NCBI GenBank assembly: GCA_024137785.1
Contig: JAHRHZ010000085.1
Location: 2,294,279-2,358,278 of the forward strand
Source: Ginglymostoma cirratum
Taxonomy: Eukaryota
Direction: 5' to 3'
Length of the DNA stretch: 64,000 bases
Shown here: positions 39,916 through 52,639 of the stretch, piece after piece
Numbering within the stretch: position 1 is the first letter of the stretch
Layout of the letters: the number at the start of each line of letters is the position of its first letter
The notes under the pieces: generated by a model
The model's database searches: none
What the model saw: the letters and a program-made list of their open reading frames with translations, nothing else
Told to the model about the DNA's origin: nothing
Program-made: the position numbers and the translations under genes

Positions 39916-42699
39916 CAAAAATCTGGTGATACCTTGCTCGCAAGCTATGAAAATTTAAGTTTGAGTATGTTGAAGCTTAGAAGATGAACTCTGCAGAATT
40001 CAGTTTCCAGAGCATAAAATGATTGTATTAATTCAACATTATCAATTTTCAACATTCATACAGAAATCATTCAACATTACATCCTGTTACAAGTTAAAGA
40101 TACTATGAATGTTTTGCTCTTAAATTTTGATGCAACTGATCTGAATTTCCTTTACAAATATAAATAAAGTTACTTAAACATATGACTGTTCAATTGGAAA
40201 TAAAAGTACAATTCAAACCGTGCGCAATAGATAAACATCTATGCTATTATTGGTTGTCTGGTGCATTAATTGGTTTCAAAATGGCATCTATTGTATTTTT
40301 GGCTTAATGTTTAAATTAATAAGATAATTATACTGATAGAAGCAATCATTTATTGGTAAGTTGAATAGCAATGAAATAATTAGATCTCTTTAATTATGTC
40401 AATAGCACAGTTTGCATGATAATGAAGCTTTTTTAGTGAAAATGATCATGCAATCCAATTCCGTTGAATCTTTAAAGTACACAAAATACCATACAGTATT
40501 GCCCTGAAAATTGTTAATTTCTACCTGAAGTTTTTTTGTTAGGATATATACATGTGGCAACAGATTAATTGGGAACCTGGTCATGTACAGAACAATGAAA
40601 TAATTGAATAGTTAACCAATGTTGTTCCTTCCATGCAAAGAACCAAACACAAAGTGTCAATTTTGTTTTACACACGTACTCTCAGACATTTTATGCAATA
40701 TTGTTTTAATATGGGCAATTATTCATTTTCTTGATATCTGCACCTCTGCACCTGAGTCATTGAAATATGGAGTCACAACCTGACAAGACCAGGGGAAATG
40801 AAGGGAGGCATTAGCAAAGCTGAGGAACATGTTAAATAACACAATTTCAAGGGCAGCTACTCAATGCATGTAACACTGACAATAAGCTAAATGATTCAAA
40901 ACAAATAAACATAATAAATGAATGGCTTTCGTCCAATTGACATGAAAACACATCACTGCAGGGTGATCAGGAGAACTGATTATTCAATGATATTTAGGAT
41001 GGGCAAAGGAAAAGAGGATATATTTGTATTACATTAATAGTAATGGATGGGATTTGTATCTTAGGATCACAGATCAGAATAAAAAAAAGAGGAATCTTCC
41101 ATGGTGGACCTAAGAAAGAGCAAGCAGGAGGAAACATTGGCAGTTGCTTATAAGCCACAAACACCAGTAATAATGGGAAGCATAGACAAAACAAAAAGAT
41201 CGGTTAAGTGTTGTACATAGTTTTTGCAACAATCATGTCTGGATTCAATCAAAACATAGGTTTGACGAAGAAATGAGCACTGTAGTTGTGAAGGATGAGT
41301 TTCAGAGTGTGTTAGGGATAGTTTTCTGGAGCAGTTATGTTTAGGAACAGACTACAGAACTATGTCTATCTTGCAACGTGCGACAAATAATAATTAACAA
41401 TATTGTTGCAAAAGAATCTTGAAACATGAATAACTGTACAATGATGGATTTAGCCATGACAAGTATGATAGTTGTTAATGTTTGTAATACTTTCAATCAT
41501 TTCTTTCTGTATGTTACTTTCATGGTCAAGGCTAAGTTGCACTTTTGTCATGACAATAAAACTGTTTGACTTCATCCAGATAGATTAAAACAGATTACTT
41601 TGATTGCAGTGACTGAATCATTCAGATAAGTTTCAAAGCAAAGTTGATGGCGAAAGGCCTTACCTCATCTATGGGTTGAGTAGGATTTCTTGCTTTTTCC
41701 TTTGAACCAGGTGGCAATAAATTTGGCATTATTTGTCAAGACAAGCATGATGTTTGCATTCATCAGTAAGATGGCAAAATACACTGCGATTCACATCAAC
41801 ACAAGGTAGAATAAGCTAACTGGATTCAGGATGTAACTCAAAATGTTGAACTCAAGTACAATTATTTAGTTTGTGTTGAAGCTTTCAAAATATTACTTCA
41901 TCAGTGAAATTCACTGGACTACCTTCAGATCTGAAAAGATAGGAATTAGCAGACTAAAGCTGTGACCCTGAACATGTCATGCTGGTGTTGAAGTGACACA
42001 AATGCGTGCAAGCAGTTTCATGTCATATATTTATTTTAACTGGACAAGTCAGATTTCAGTACCCAATAATGTGAATGCACCACTGTTTGCTTAATCAATA
42101 CTTGTGTGGAAGTTATTTCATTTCACATGTATATTCCTATTCATACCTTTAGATATAATGAATAGAAGACACTTCACAACCATACTGTGCATAATAGAAT
42201 TGCAAATGCTCCAGTGGCATATCCAGCAACAACAGCAACACTGATTTTAGAGGCAAAATCTATGAGATGAACATAAAATTAAAATTAGAAATTGTATCGG
42301 AAACCAGAGACTTATAAATTTAAATATCACATGCTTCTTTTCCCATTAAACTGCCTTGGTAATATTCTACTACGATACATGAAATCTCACATGTCAATTT
42401 CTTCCCTCAGCTTTCCTTTATGCAGTTGGATACAAAGAGGGAAAATTATAAGAATTTGGAGAAATAAAAGCAGATGAAACAATAAAGATAATTAATATAT
42501 CCAAATTCAGCAGTATTCAATTAATGTGTTCAAATCAGATTCCAGTGAAAATGGGAGAATGTTCTCTGAGATTCATTTCTGAGCACAAATAAGTTGACAC
42601 ATTTTCAAAGAAAATCTTTCTCCATGTGCAGCCAATCTAACTGTTGAGTGAAGACAATTGCATATTCATAGTTCACTGGACTAACAATAGAGAACTCCA

Positions 42700-43980
42700 A
42701 GTTCTTGGCTCATGGATTTTAATGCCACCAGGGCAGATGGTGGAATTTGAATTCAATAAGAACCTGAAATGGTGTTTGCCAGAAAAACACAGCTCTCCTT
42801 GCTATTGGAAAGATGTTGTTAAACATGAAAGCATTCAGAAAAGGTTTGCAAGGATGTTGCCAGGCTTGGAGGGTTTCAGCTACAGAGAGAGGCTGAAGCG
42901 GCTGGGGCTATTTTCTCTGGAACCTCAAAAGCTGAGGGGTGACCTTATAAAGGTTTGTACAATCATTCCGGCTATGGATAGGTTGAATAGTCAAGGTATT
43001 TTCCCCAGGGTGGGGTAGTCCTAAATGAGAGGACATAGGTTTAAGGTGAGAGGGTAAAGATTTAAAATGGACCTAAGGTGTGACTTTACACAGAGGGGGT
43101 GGCTCGTTTATGGACTGAACTGTCAGAAGATGAGGAAGCATCTGGTACAATTTCAACATTTAAAAGGCATCGGGGTGGGTATATGAATAGGAATGGTTTG
43201 GAGAGACATGTGCTGGCAAACAGGAGGAGATTAACTTGGGAAATTTGGTCGGAATGGACGAGTTGAAGCAAAGGGTCTGTTTCTGTGTTGTATGTCTCTA
43301 TGACTGAATGATCAGGTACTTTTGGAAGTAATTCTGCCAACATTAACTGTCCTGCAAGTGAGTCACTGCAAATTGGATCATTGTTAACCACCCCTTTGGC
43401 AATTAGGTATAGACAACACATGTCCTCCCATTAAGCAATACCTTCAATGAAATCAAAAGATCTACTAATCTCTGTTGAATGTTATGATAGGTGGGTACAC
43501 TCTTGGCTACATTCTGAATGCATGTGAAGATATTTATTGGGCTTTGGAAGAAGTAACATAACAGGAATACTCAATGAAGGGCATGACACTAGGAAATGCT
43601 TGGACTTCTGACCACAGATCCCTAAAGGATGCAGGGCAGTTCAATGGGGTGGTTGGCAAAACATACAGGGCATATGATTTTATCAGTAATGGTGTAGATT
43701 TAGAAGAGAAAAGAAGCTGCATTGGAGTTTAACAGGACTTTGGTTAGGCCACAGCTGGAGCACTGTGTGCAGTTCTGGTTGCCACACTATCATGTGTTCA
43801 TCTTAAAACATCTCCAAAACAGACCATTAAGCCTTAAGGTTTAATTGGACATGACAATGTGCAATTGAAGACAAGTGGAAAATCACAATGCTTTCAGCAA
43901 AACAGCTTGTGTTGGCTGGGAGGGAAACAATATAGTGCAGTTAAAAAGGAGCCATGTTGAAGTGTTTTTCAATTTGTTTC
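42700..43980. repeat. More diverged direct duplicate of ~8110-9420 (C1-TM intron of copy C)
   Basis: Shares the CR1 fragment and the unique flanks (gtcctgca..tgcaaattggat; gaagacaagtggaaaa). Confidence 0.8.
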
Positions 43981-45195
43981 TGTTAGAAGTCATAGGACAC
44001 TAGGTTATAGTCCAACAGGATTTTTTGGAATAACAAGCTTTCCAAGCGCTGTTCATGCATCAGGTGAATATAAAAGCTTTTTCCCAGAGTGGGGGACTCA
44101 ATTACTAGGGGTCATGAGTTCGAAGTGAGAGGAGGAATGTTTACGGGAGATATGCATGGAAAGTTCTTTATGCAGAGGGTGGTGGGTGCCTGGAACATTT
44201 TGCCAGCGGAGGTGGTAGACGCAGACACATTAGTTTCTTTTAAGATGTAACTGAACAGGTACATGGATGAACAGGGAGCAAAGGGATACAGACCCTTAGA
44301 AAATAGATGACAGATATAGAATCACCCTGTTCACTTCTGAATAAGGGAGGGTAATTATTTCAACAGGCCATCTAAAAGGTAATAAATAAATGTTTTGAAG
44401 GGTGAATTGAAGAGAAAGGTACAGAGCACTTTCAAAGGATTTGCAAGGTATACCTGATGCTAGACAGAATGTTTCAAGTAAATTATTGATGTTTTAAGTT
44501 AGAAATTGTGTCAACTATTTAGGGAGGAATATGGTCAAGTGAGTGACAATGAAAAAATGTGACTTTTGTCTAAGACATAAAGCACAATATTTCAGTGCTC
44601 TAAAATGGACTCTTTGGTCTTCTGTGACGTATTCCTCAATCATAGGTAATTTTGTTTTCTCTTTCCATCTGATCCACTGCTCATGAAACAAAAAAAAACT
44701 ACAGGATAAGCATTGCACCTGGACATCAGAGGACTTTACTCTGTTACTTACAACAGTGCAGCTGCAACATTATCACAGAAAGACGTGCAGTAATGGAGTT
44801 AAGTCTTTGACATAATTTTCTGAAGACCTCCAAGGAAGGAATTTAATTTTAGCTGCACCTGCAGTATGTAAGTGGGTCTACTGTGCACGACATACTATTT
44901 TTAATAGGATGTGAGCCTCAGTGGCAAGGCCAGTATTTGGCGCCAACAACTGTTTCCTATTAAGAGTCCAGAGGCAAACCAGCTTTCTTGACTGCAGCCC
45001 AGGTAATTTAACAACATTGTTGTCAAGGACGGAGTTGCGGGTATCAGATGTAATGAAAGAGTCGGGTACTTTTTGCAGTATTTTACTCAACGAAGGAGAA
45101 TGCAATTTTTTCAAAAGCAAATTCAGATCCATGACTGAAACAGAGATAATAAAGCGATTCAACTTATTTAAAGACTTTAACTGCTTTAATTCACT

Positions 45196-45954
45196 TTGAT
45201 TCACTTTGGGAAGAATAATAGGAAAGCAGAATACTGGGTCAATGGAAAGATTCTTGGTAGTGTGGATGTGCAGAGGGATCTTGGTGTCCAGGTACATAGA
45301 TCCCTGAAAGTTGCCACCCAGGTTGATAGTGCTGTTAAGAAGGCATACGGTGTGTTAGGTTTCATTGGTAGAGGGATTGAGTTCCGGAGCCGTGATGTCA
45401 TGCTGCAACTGTACAGAACGCTGGTGCGGCCTCACTTAGAATATTGTGTACAGTTCTGGTCGCCCCATTACAGGAAGGATGTGGAAGCATTGGAAAGGGT
45501 GCAGAGGAGATTTACCAGGATGTTGCCTGGTCTGGAGCGAAGGTCTTATGAGGAAAGGCTGAGGGACTTGGGCCTATTCTCATTGGAGAGAAGAAGGCTA
45601 AGAGGGGATTTAATAGAGACCTACAAAATGATCAGAGGATTAGACAGGGTGGACAGTGAGAGTCTTTTTCCTAGGATGATGACATCGGCTAGTACGAGGG
45701 GGCATAGCTGCAAATTGAGGAGTGACAGATTTAAGACAGATGTCAGAGGCAGGTTCTTTACTCAGAGAATGGTAAGGGCGTGGAATGCCCTGCCTGCCAA
45801 TGTAGTTAACACAGCCACATTAGGGGCATTTAAACATTCCTTGGATAAGCATATGGATGATGATGGGATAGTGTAGGGGGCGAGCTTAGTTCACAGGTCG
45901 GCGTAACATCGAGGGCCAAAGGGCCTGTTCTGCGCTGTATTGTTCTATGTTCTA
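45196..45954 (+). mobile_element. Young 5'-truncated CR1/HER1 LINE
   Basis: Uninterrupted 226-aa ORF2 C-terminus (RPHLEYCVQFWSP), ttctatgttcta tail; absent at the paralogous site near 5668. Confidence 0.93.
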
Positions 45955-46802
45955 AAATGCATTTAAAGAGGTAATCAGCTGGTGTGCTTTGCATTCAATT
46001 GTAGTCAAGAATAAATATGTGTAATTGCGCTGTGTCCCTTGGTGGGTCAACCAAAGATTTCAACTTTTGCCAAACACTTCTTCCTGAATAAGTCCCACCT
46101 GCTCTTTTTCAGGTGCCACAGATAGGGATCTGCCTCTCACATGTCACTGGTATTCACATGTTGAAAATTAAAAAATGAGAGAGGTTTGCATCACTATAGC
46201 TTGATTATTTGTTCGACATGATTGCATGGTGCGGCAGCACATTGCACTAGCTGAGAGGCAGTCTTCAGTAAAAGCTTTCTAAAGAAGCCAACTTGTACAA
46301 GCTGTCTGCATAATATATTGATTTCTTTGGTAGAGTCGCTTCGCAGAAGTCAGACATATTCACTGAACTCAGACTAATGCATGATTGATTTTTGAATGGC
46401 GTGGAAAGGAAGGAGAGAACGATCATCTCTATCTGCACCTGGAACCTATCATTCAGAATAGTCATCAGCCCAAAGTAATCAACATTGATTGTAAGGTCTG
46501 TAACCAATATGGAAAAATTATTCAGCATACTGTCACTTGGTAAGTGCGAATAAAAACAAAAATCAAATCTACTTCGCAACTATGTTTGATGATTTAAAAC
46601 AGTTGCAACAGTTCATGAAACTTCCTACCACTTTCTGTTTTCTTTATTTTGTTTCTATTCAGCTGATGTTGTGTTTTTGAGAGTTAATCAAATGTTCAAG
46701 ACTCACCTTGACTTTTTAGAAATATATATCTGCATTCCCAGCTTAAATTGTTCAAAGAAACTTGAAAATGAAAATGAAAAGAACGAAGGAAATTTGCCTC
46801 AC

Positions 46803-47381
46803 CACATCTTCATGCTGAGTTTGATTGATTGATTTTATTCTTTCCTCCACCTGAGACATAAAACTGACATAAGTCGGGAACAAAAAAGGCTGACATTTGT
46901 ACTCATCAGCAAACCAAAGAAACCGAAAGCTATTTGACTACTGTTCAGTATTTGTAAACAGGGTATAATAGGAAAAACATTTTCACAATGCAGCTCTAAA
47001 GGTTACACACAGATGCTTTGAATTTATGTTTTCAGGGTTGAAGCAATAACAACTTCTTTCAGCAATGAATTTCATCAATAAAATTTTGACCTACACTGAT
47101 ACTAGTTCGCAAAGTGAATCTTAAAATCTTCTTATATTATGTTTGGTGTGAAGCAAGGTATATGCTTGAAAGAGGCTTCACATAAAATAGTTGTTTAAAT
47201 TGTACGGCTCAAAAATTCAGCTCCCAATTATGTTAATTTCAGTGAGACATTTCTACCTTATTCATACCTTTGCAGATAAAGAACAGAAAACCCTTGGCAA
47301 TCGTCACGGTCAATATGAGAATTACAAATGCACGAGTAACACAACTGGCAGCCCTAGTAACACTGACTTCAGAGGCAAAAT
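46803..47381 (-). pseudogene. Copy B: Arg-type TM exon (47268-47381, DFASEVSVTRAASCVTRAFVILILTVTIAKGFLFFICK) and frameshifted cytoplasmic exon (46803-46850)
   Basis: Lies in the direct duplicate of 4820-8670; cytoplasmic exon is 48 nt vs 47 with an in-frame TGA; ectodomain exons deleted. Confidence 0.8.
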
Positions 47382-50300
47382 CTGGAATGGTAATATAAAT
47401 TTAAAATTAAGAATTGCAACAGAATCTGAAGATACACAGGCTTAATCGTCAAATCGATAATTGTCAATCATACTGCCTTGCACAGATGATACATCGAGTA
47501 CATAAAGTCTCAGCATTTCAATTTTGCTGTCTTTTTGTTCAACTGACCCATATGCAGCTGGAAACAAAATGTCGAGAGCTTAGGAAAATAGGTAAATGAT
47601 AAAAGTACCTCAGCTAATGACACATTTAAAATTAATGGAAATAGAGAAAATTGCAATCAGTGATAACAAGGTGTAGAGCTAGATGAACACAGCAGGGCAA
47701 GCATTATCTCTGATACAAATTGCAATCAGTGTTCAGTTCACGAAGCTGTGTAGCAAGATACTAAATTGTTTGTTGGGAGTTTGTTGGATTGCATGCAAAT
47801 TAAAGTCGGAAAAGGTACATAATGGAACCTGTTTTCAGATTTACTTGGGTTTTCCATGGAGGTGAAGTTCAGTTGAAATAATTTGAATCTCTCTGCAGCT
47901 GCGACCCAATCAGCTATGACTCCATGTTCAGTATTTAATCAAGTATGTGGCATTCTGATGAATGGGGGAAATAAAGTGGAGCTATTGGATGTGTGGAAGT
48001 CTATCATCGGCTCATACAGGTTTACAACACGGAAACAGGCTCTTTCACCCAACTTGTCAATGCTGCCCAGTTTTCACAAATAAACTTGTGCTATTTGCCT
48101 ACGTTTGGTCCATTCCCCGATATACCCAGCCCAGCCATGTATTTTCCAAATGTTTTTTTAAATGACAAAATTGTACTCACCTCCACCACTATCTCTGGCA
48201 GATTGTTCCAGACACGCACCACCCTGTTTGTCAAAAATTGCTCCTCTGGATTCATTTGTATCTCTCCCCTCTTACATTAAACATATGCCTTCTAGTCTTA
48301 GACTCTCCTACCATGGGGAAAAGCTGGAAGCTAACTATGTACGGCTGCGTCTCATGATTTTCCCTTCTCCCTTCAGTCTCCTATGCTCTCGGGAAAGAAA
48401 GCCCACCCTATGCAGCCTAACCTTATAACTCAAATCTTCCAGTCCATGGAGTATCCAAGGAAATCTTATCTGCATTCTTTCTTGGTTAATAATATCCTTT
48501 CTATAATAGAGCAACTCGAGCTAAATGATGCAATTTGAATTACATAAAAACCTGGAATAGTGTTTGTCTTAAAACCAATAATCAATCAGGAGAGGCTGAA
48601 TAGGCTGGAGCTGTTTTCTCTGGAGGGTCGGAGTCTGTGGGGTGACCTTACACAGGTTTATAAAATCATAGGCCATGGATAGGATGAATAGTCACTATTT
48701 TTCCCTGTGTAGAGGATTACAAAACTAGAGGGTGTGGGTTTGAGGTAACAGGGGTATGATTTTAAAAGAGGTCAAAGGGCAACTTTTTCATGCAGAGGTT
48801 GCTGTGTGTCTGGAATGAACTGCCAGATGGAGTGGTAGATGCTGGTACAATTGCAACATTTAAAAGGCACCTGGATTGGTGTATGATAGGAAGGGCTTGG
48901 AAGGATATGGACCAACTGTTGGCAAATGGGACGAGATTAATTTAGGATAGCTAGTAGGCATAGATGAAGTGGAACAAAGGGTCTGTTTCCATGCTGTTGG
49001 AATATCAGTTATGCATCATTTCTGATCACTTGCGATCTATATGAAGTCAACAAGCACATAACTAGTTCCTGATGAGTGGACAACATACATGCGTTTTCAT
49101 GGTAACAATGAGCAGAAATGATAACATGGATAGACAACTGCAGTTATAGCAAAATCTAAGCCTAGATGGTGAAACTACTGTCAGAGCATGTATCCACTCA
49201 CATGACCCACCAGGCTTGGGTGAAATATCGGCCGGACCAATACAAAACTCCATCCTTCAATTTTTTTTAACTCGCAGCCACATAACGATAATATCCTTTC
49301 TTTGAGAACATTTTTCTCAGAATTTCAATTCTGCCACAGAACACAACTAAGGTTTTTTTCAAAGGAAACACTTGTTTTGGTGGCACCGTGGCTCAGAGGC
49401 CCCTTTATCCCCAATCTCTACCAGTCTTTTTTCCAGTCAGCCCATCTGCTATCTATGCCAGTATCTTTCCCCTAACAACATTGGCTCTTATCTCCTACCT
49501 TCCTGTGCAGTATCGTGACAAAGGCCTTCTGGAAACCCAAATAGATCAGGTCCACTGGCTGTCCTTTGTCTAACTTTGTTGTTACCTCCATGAAGAATTC
49601 CAACGGATCTGTCAGGCATGAACTCCCCTTGATGAAGCCGTGCTAACTCAGCCTTATTTTGACATGCACTCCCAAGTACTCCACAATCTCACCCTAAACA
49701 ATGGTCTCTAAATTCTTACCAACAACAGAGGTCAGGCTAACTGTCTTATAGTTTCCAGTCTTCTGCCTCTCTCCCTTTCTAAACAGGGGTGCTCTGTTAG
49801 CCATTTTCCAGTCCTCTGGGACCCTTCTGAGCTCCAGTGATTCCTGAAAGATCACTAACAATGCCTCTACAATCTCCTCAGCTGTTTTCCTCAGAACCCT
49901 GGTTTGTAGTCCATCTAGTCTATATTATTTGTCCACCTTCACAGCTTTCAGCTTCCCAAGCACCTTCTGCTTATTGATCTCTATTACACTTATCTCTGCT
50001 GCTTCAGTCTCTTGAAGTACTGGTATGCTACTGGTGTCTTCCACTGTGAAGAGGGTGGCAAAGTACCTACTCAGTTCCTCCCCCATTTCTTGCTGCCAAT
50101 ACTAATTCTCCAGCCTCATTTTCCAGGAGTCTGACACACTTTCCATTCTCTTACATTTTCAATATCTGAAAAAAAAACAACTCTTGAAATCTTCTTTTAT
50201 AAAAGTGCAGGGAGAGAGCGTGTGAGGCTCTGAGATGGATAATGTACATGTATGAGGGGATTAGAGGATGGCAAGATGGAGAGTTCAGGGTGAGCAAGAT

Positions 50301-52639
50301 GGTGAAGTTGACAGAGTGAGAGGAATATTTGGGATGGAGCAAGACAGGTCAAAGCAGATAGATCTACAGACCAAGTGATAGTGAGAGGAGTGGAGTCAGG
50401 GAGGAGGTGAAGTAGATGTGGTGGAGAAATATGAATTAGTTCATAGTTCGTAGATTCCCTACAGTGTGGAAACAGTCTCTTCGCCCAACAAGTACACATC
50501 GAAGCTCAGAGGGTCCCACCCAGACCCATCCCTCTTTTACCCATGGAACCTACACATCCCTGAACACTATGGGCAATTCAGCATGGTCAATCCAACTACG
50601 ATGCACATCTTTGGACTGTGGGAGGAAACTGGACCACCTGGAGGAAACCCATGCAGACACGGGCAGAATGTTCAAACTCCACACAGACAGTGACCCAAGG
50701 GTGGAATCCAAACCAGTTTCCTGGCACCGTGAGGCAACAATGCTAATAACTCAACAACTAAGGAGAGGGCAATGAGGAAGGGAAGAGATACAAAGGGAGA
50801 GGAAGTGAATGAAGTTTGGAAAGGCTGGAGAGGGATAAGAGTAGGTTTGAGGGGGGAGTCTGTGAGAGAGAGAAAGAGTGGTGGAGCAGAAGTAAATGTG
50901 AGGGAACGGATAGAAGGAAGCAGACAGGGAGTCAGAGGGAGGGACATCAGTAAGAGTGGAAGAGAGCGAGGGGAAGAGGGAAGAATTGGTCAAGGGAGAG
51001 GGAAATGGGAGAAAGGAAAGGAGAGATGGTGGGTGAGAGAGAGAGAGAGAAAGGAAGACATAGGTAGGGATAGAGATTGGTGAGATGTGAAGGCGAGATA
51101 AAAGGATAGAGTGAGCAAGTAATGAAAAGAGTCAGAGAGTGCAGATGAGGGAATGTGACAGGGAGTGTGACGGGGAGATAGAGAGACCAGAGGAGATGGA
51201 TAGAATGAGGGAGATAGAGGGGCAAGTGAGCATGAGAGGGGATTGAAGCAACAGAGAGAGACAGAGTGTGAGAGAGTGACAGAGAAAGGATGTGGAAGTG
51301 GACAGGAAGACAGCGAGGGCAACAGGAAGAGTACAAGGAGGAAGGAAGGGATACAATGAGGAACAGAGAATGAGAGAGATGGCGGAGGAGGAAGAACTGG
51401 CTGAGAGAAGAAGAAGGAGTAGTTGAGCAAGGATGTGGGTGAGAGTGCATGGGAATTTGAGGCAGACAGAATGGGGACGTTTGGAGGGAGGGTGTGAGAC
51501 AGAGGGTACGGGTATTGGGGAGGGTCGGGGGAGAGAGAAAGAGTGAGATGGTTGAGAGAAGAGGAAAATGGGAAAGACAGGATGAGTGTGACTTAGAGAC
51601 AGATGGAAAGGCAGAGGATAAAGGAAGCTGAGGAGGTGCAGATGAGAGATAAGCTGAGGGAGGGGGAGAAGGTACAATGAATTGGGAGAGGAATATTGGT
51701 GAGACAGTGAGTGCACATTCAGTAGAGAGTGAAAGAGTGAGGTAAGACGGCAGGAAAAAGGGAGGAGGAGAGAGGGAGAAAGCAAACTAGAATACAGATT
51801 GGGGGAGAAACAGTGACTCGCGAAGAGAGACTGTTGGAAAAAGAGAGAGAAAGCAGGTAAGAAACAGTAATGGAGAAGGGAGAGTGGGAAAAAGACTGGT
51901 AGGGACAGAGTGTGGGGTAGCAGACAGGATACAGGAAGGAGAGAGCATAAGAGAGGGTGAAAGGACCCTCAAGGGAGAGAGAGAGGTGACGGATAGGCAA
52001 TGGGAGAGGTGGGAGAGTTTGGGATTGTTCTGGATGGAGAGAAGTGGGTCAAGAGGTGATCTCATAGAATGTTCAACATTATGAAAGGTCTGGATAGAGT
52101 AGATGGGGGAAACTGTTCCCATCATTGACAGTAAATTGGAGAATTGGAAGTAAATTAGCTTCTGTTTTAAGTTTCCATGGAGGCAATTGTCGGGCTTTTA
52201 ATAAAGATCGATACATGTGGGTAGATAAGGGATATAGATGAAGACATATCTCTTCAGATACAATATAAAGAGCGAAACTGGGAGTAAGGAGTCAATGTAT
52301 CAAGAATGTCTTCGATGTCAAAATGTTCAAGTGGAATCCAATATGGACTTTAATGTGGTCTTCTATTTCACTCCCAACACTGTTCGTAACATATCCATTG
52401 TGATCAGTTAGATTGATTCAAAAAGTCAATACTTAGGTCTAATTTGGAGAAACTCAGGTCAGACAACAGTTCAGCAATAGTACTGAAGGGGTGTGCTCCA
52501 GATATGGTGGGACGCCGAGCCAAGCTGTTCATGTAGATTTGCATTGTTGGATTCTATCAGACAATGTGGAGAATTGAAACAAATAACAACAGAAATTGCT
52601 ACAGAAACTCAGTTCTGAGGATAGAAAAACAAAGTGAAG

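Larger units (their letters stand above)
38563..42259 (-). pseudogene. Copy C: inhibitory-type remnant (TM exon 42147-42259, cytoplasmic exon 41664-41710, ITIM exon 38563-38697); no leader/V/C1 found
   Basis: TM exon is 113 nt (1-nt deletion vs 114, giving an early TGA); cytoplasmic-exon acceptor reads AC instead of AG; terminal exon TKDRMRKSQVTYAALKLNGPKFTLKPEHKTATPSYAAVKASSQI* is open. Confidence 0.8.
44320..48990. repeat. Direct segmental duplicate of ~4820-8670
   Basis: Colinear similarity starting at tagaatcaccctgttc; carries extra CR1 and Penelope insertions. Confidence 0.9.
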
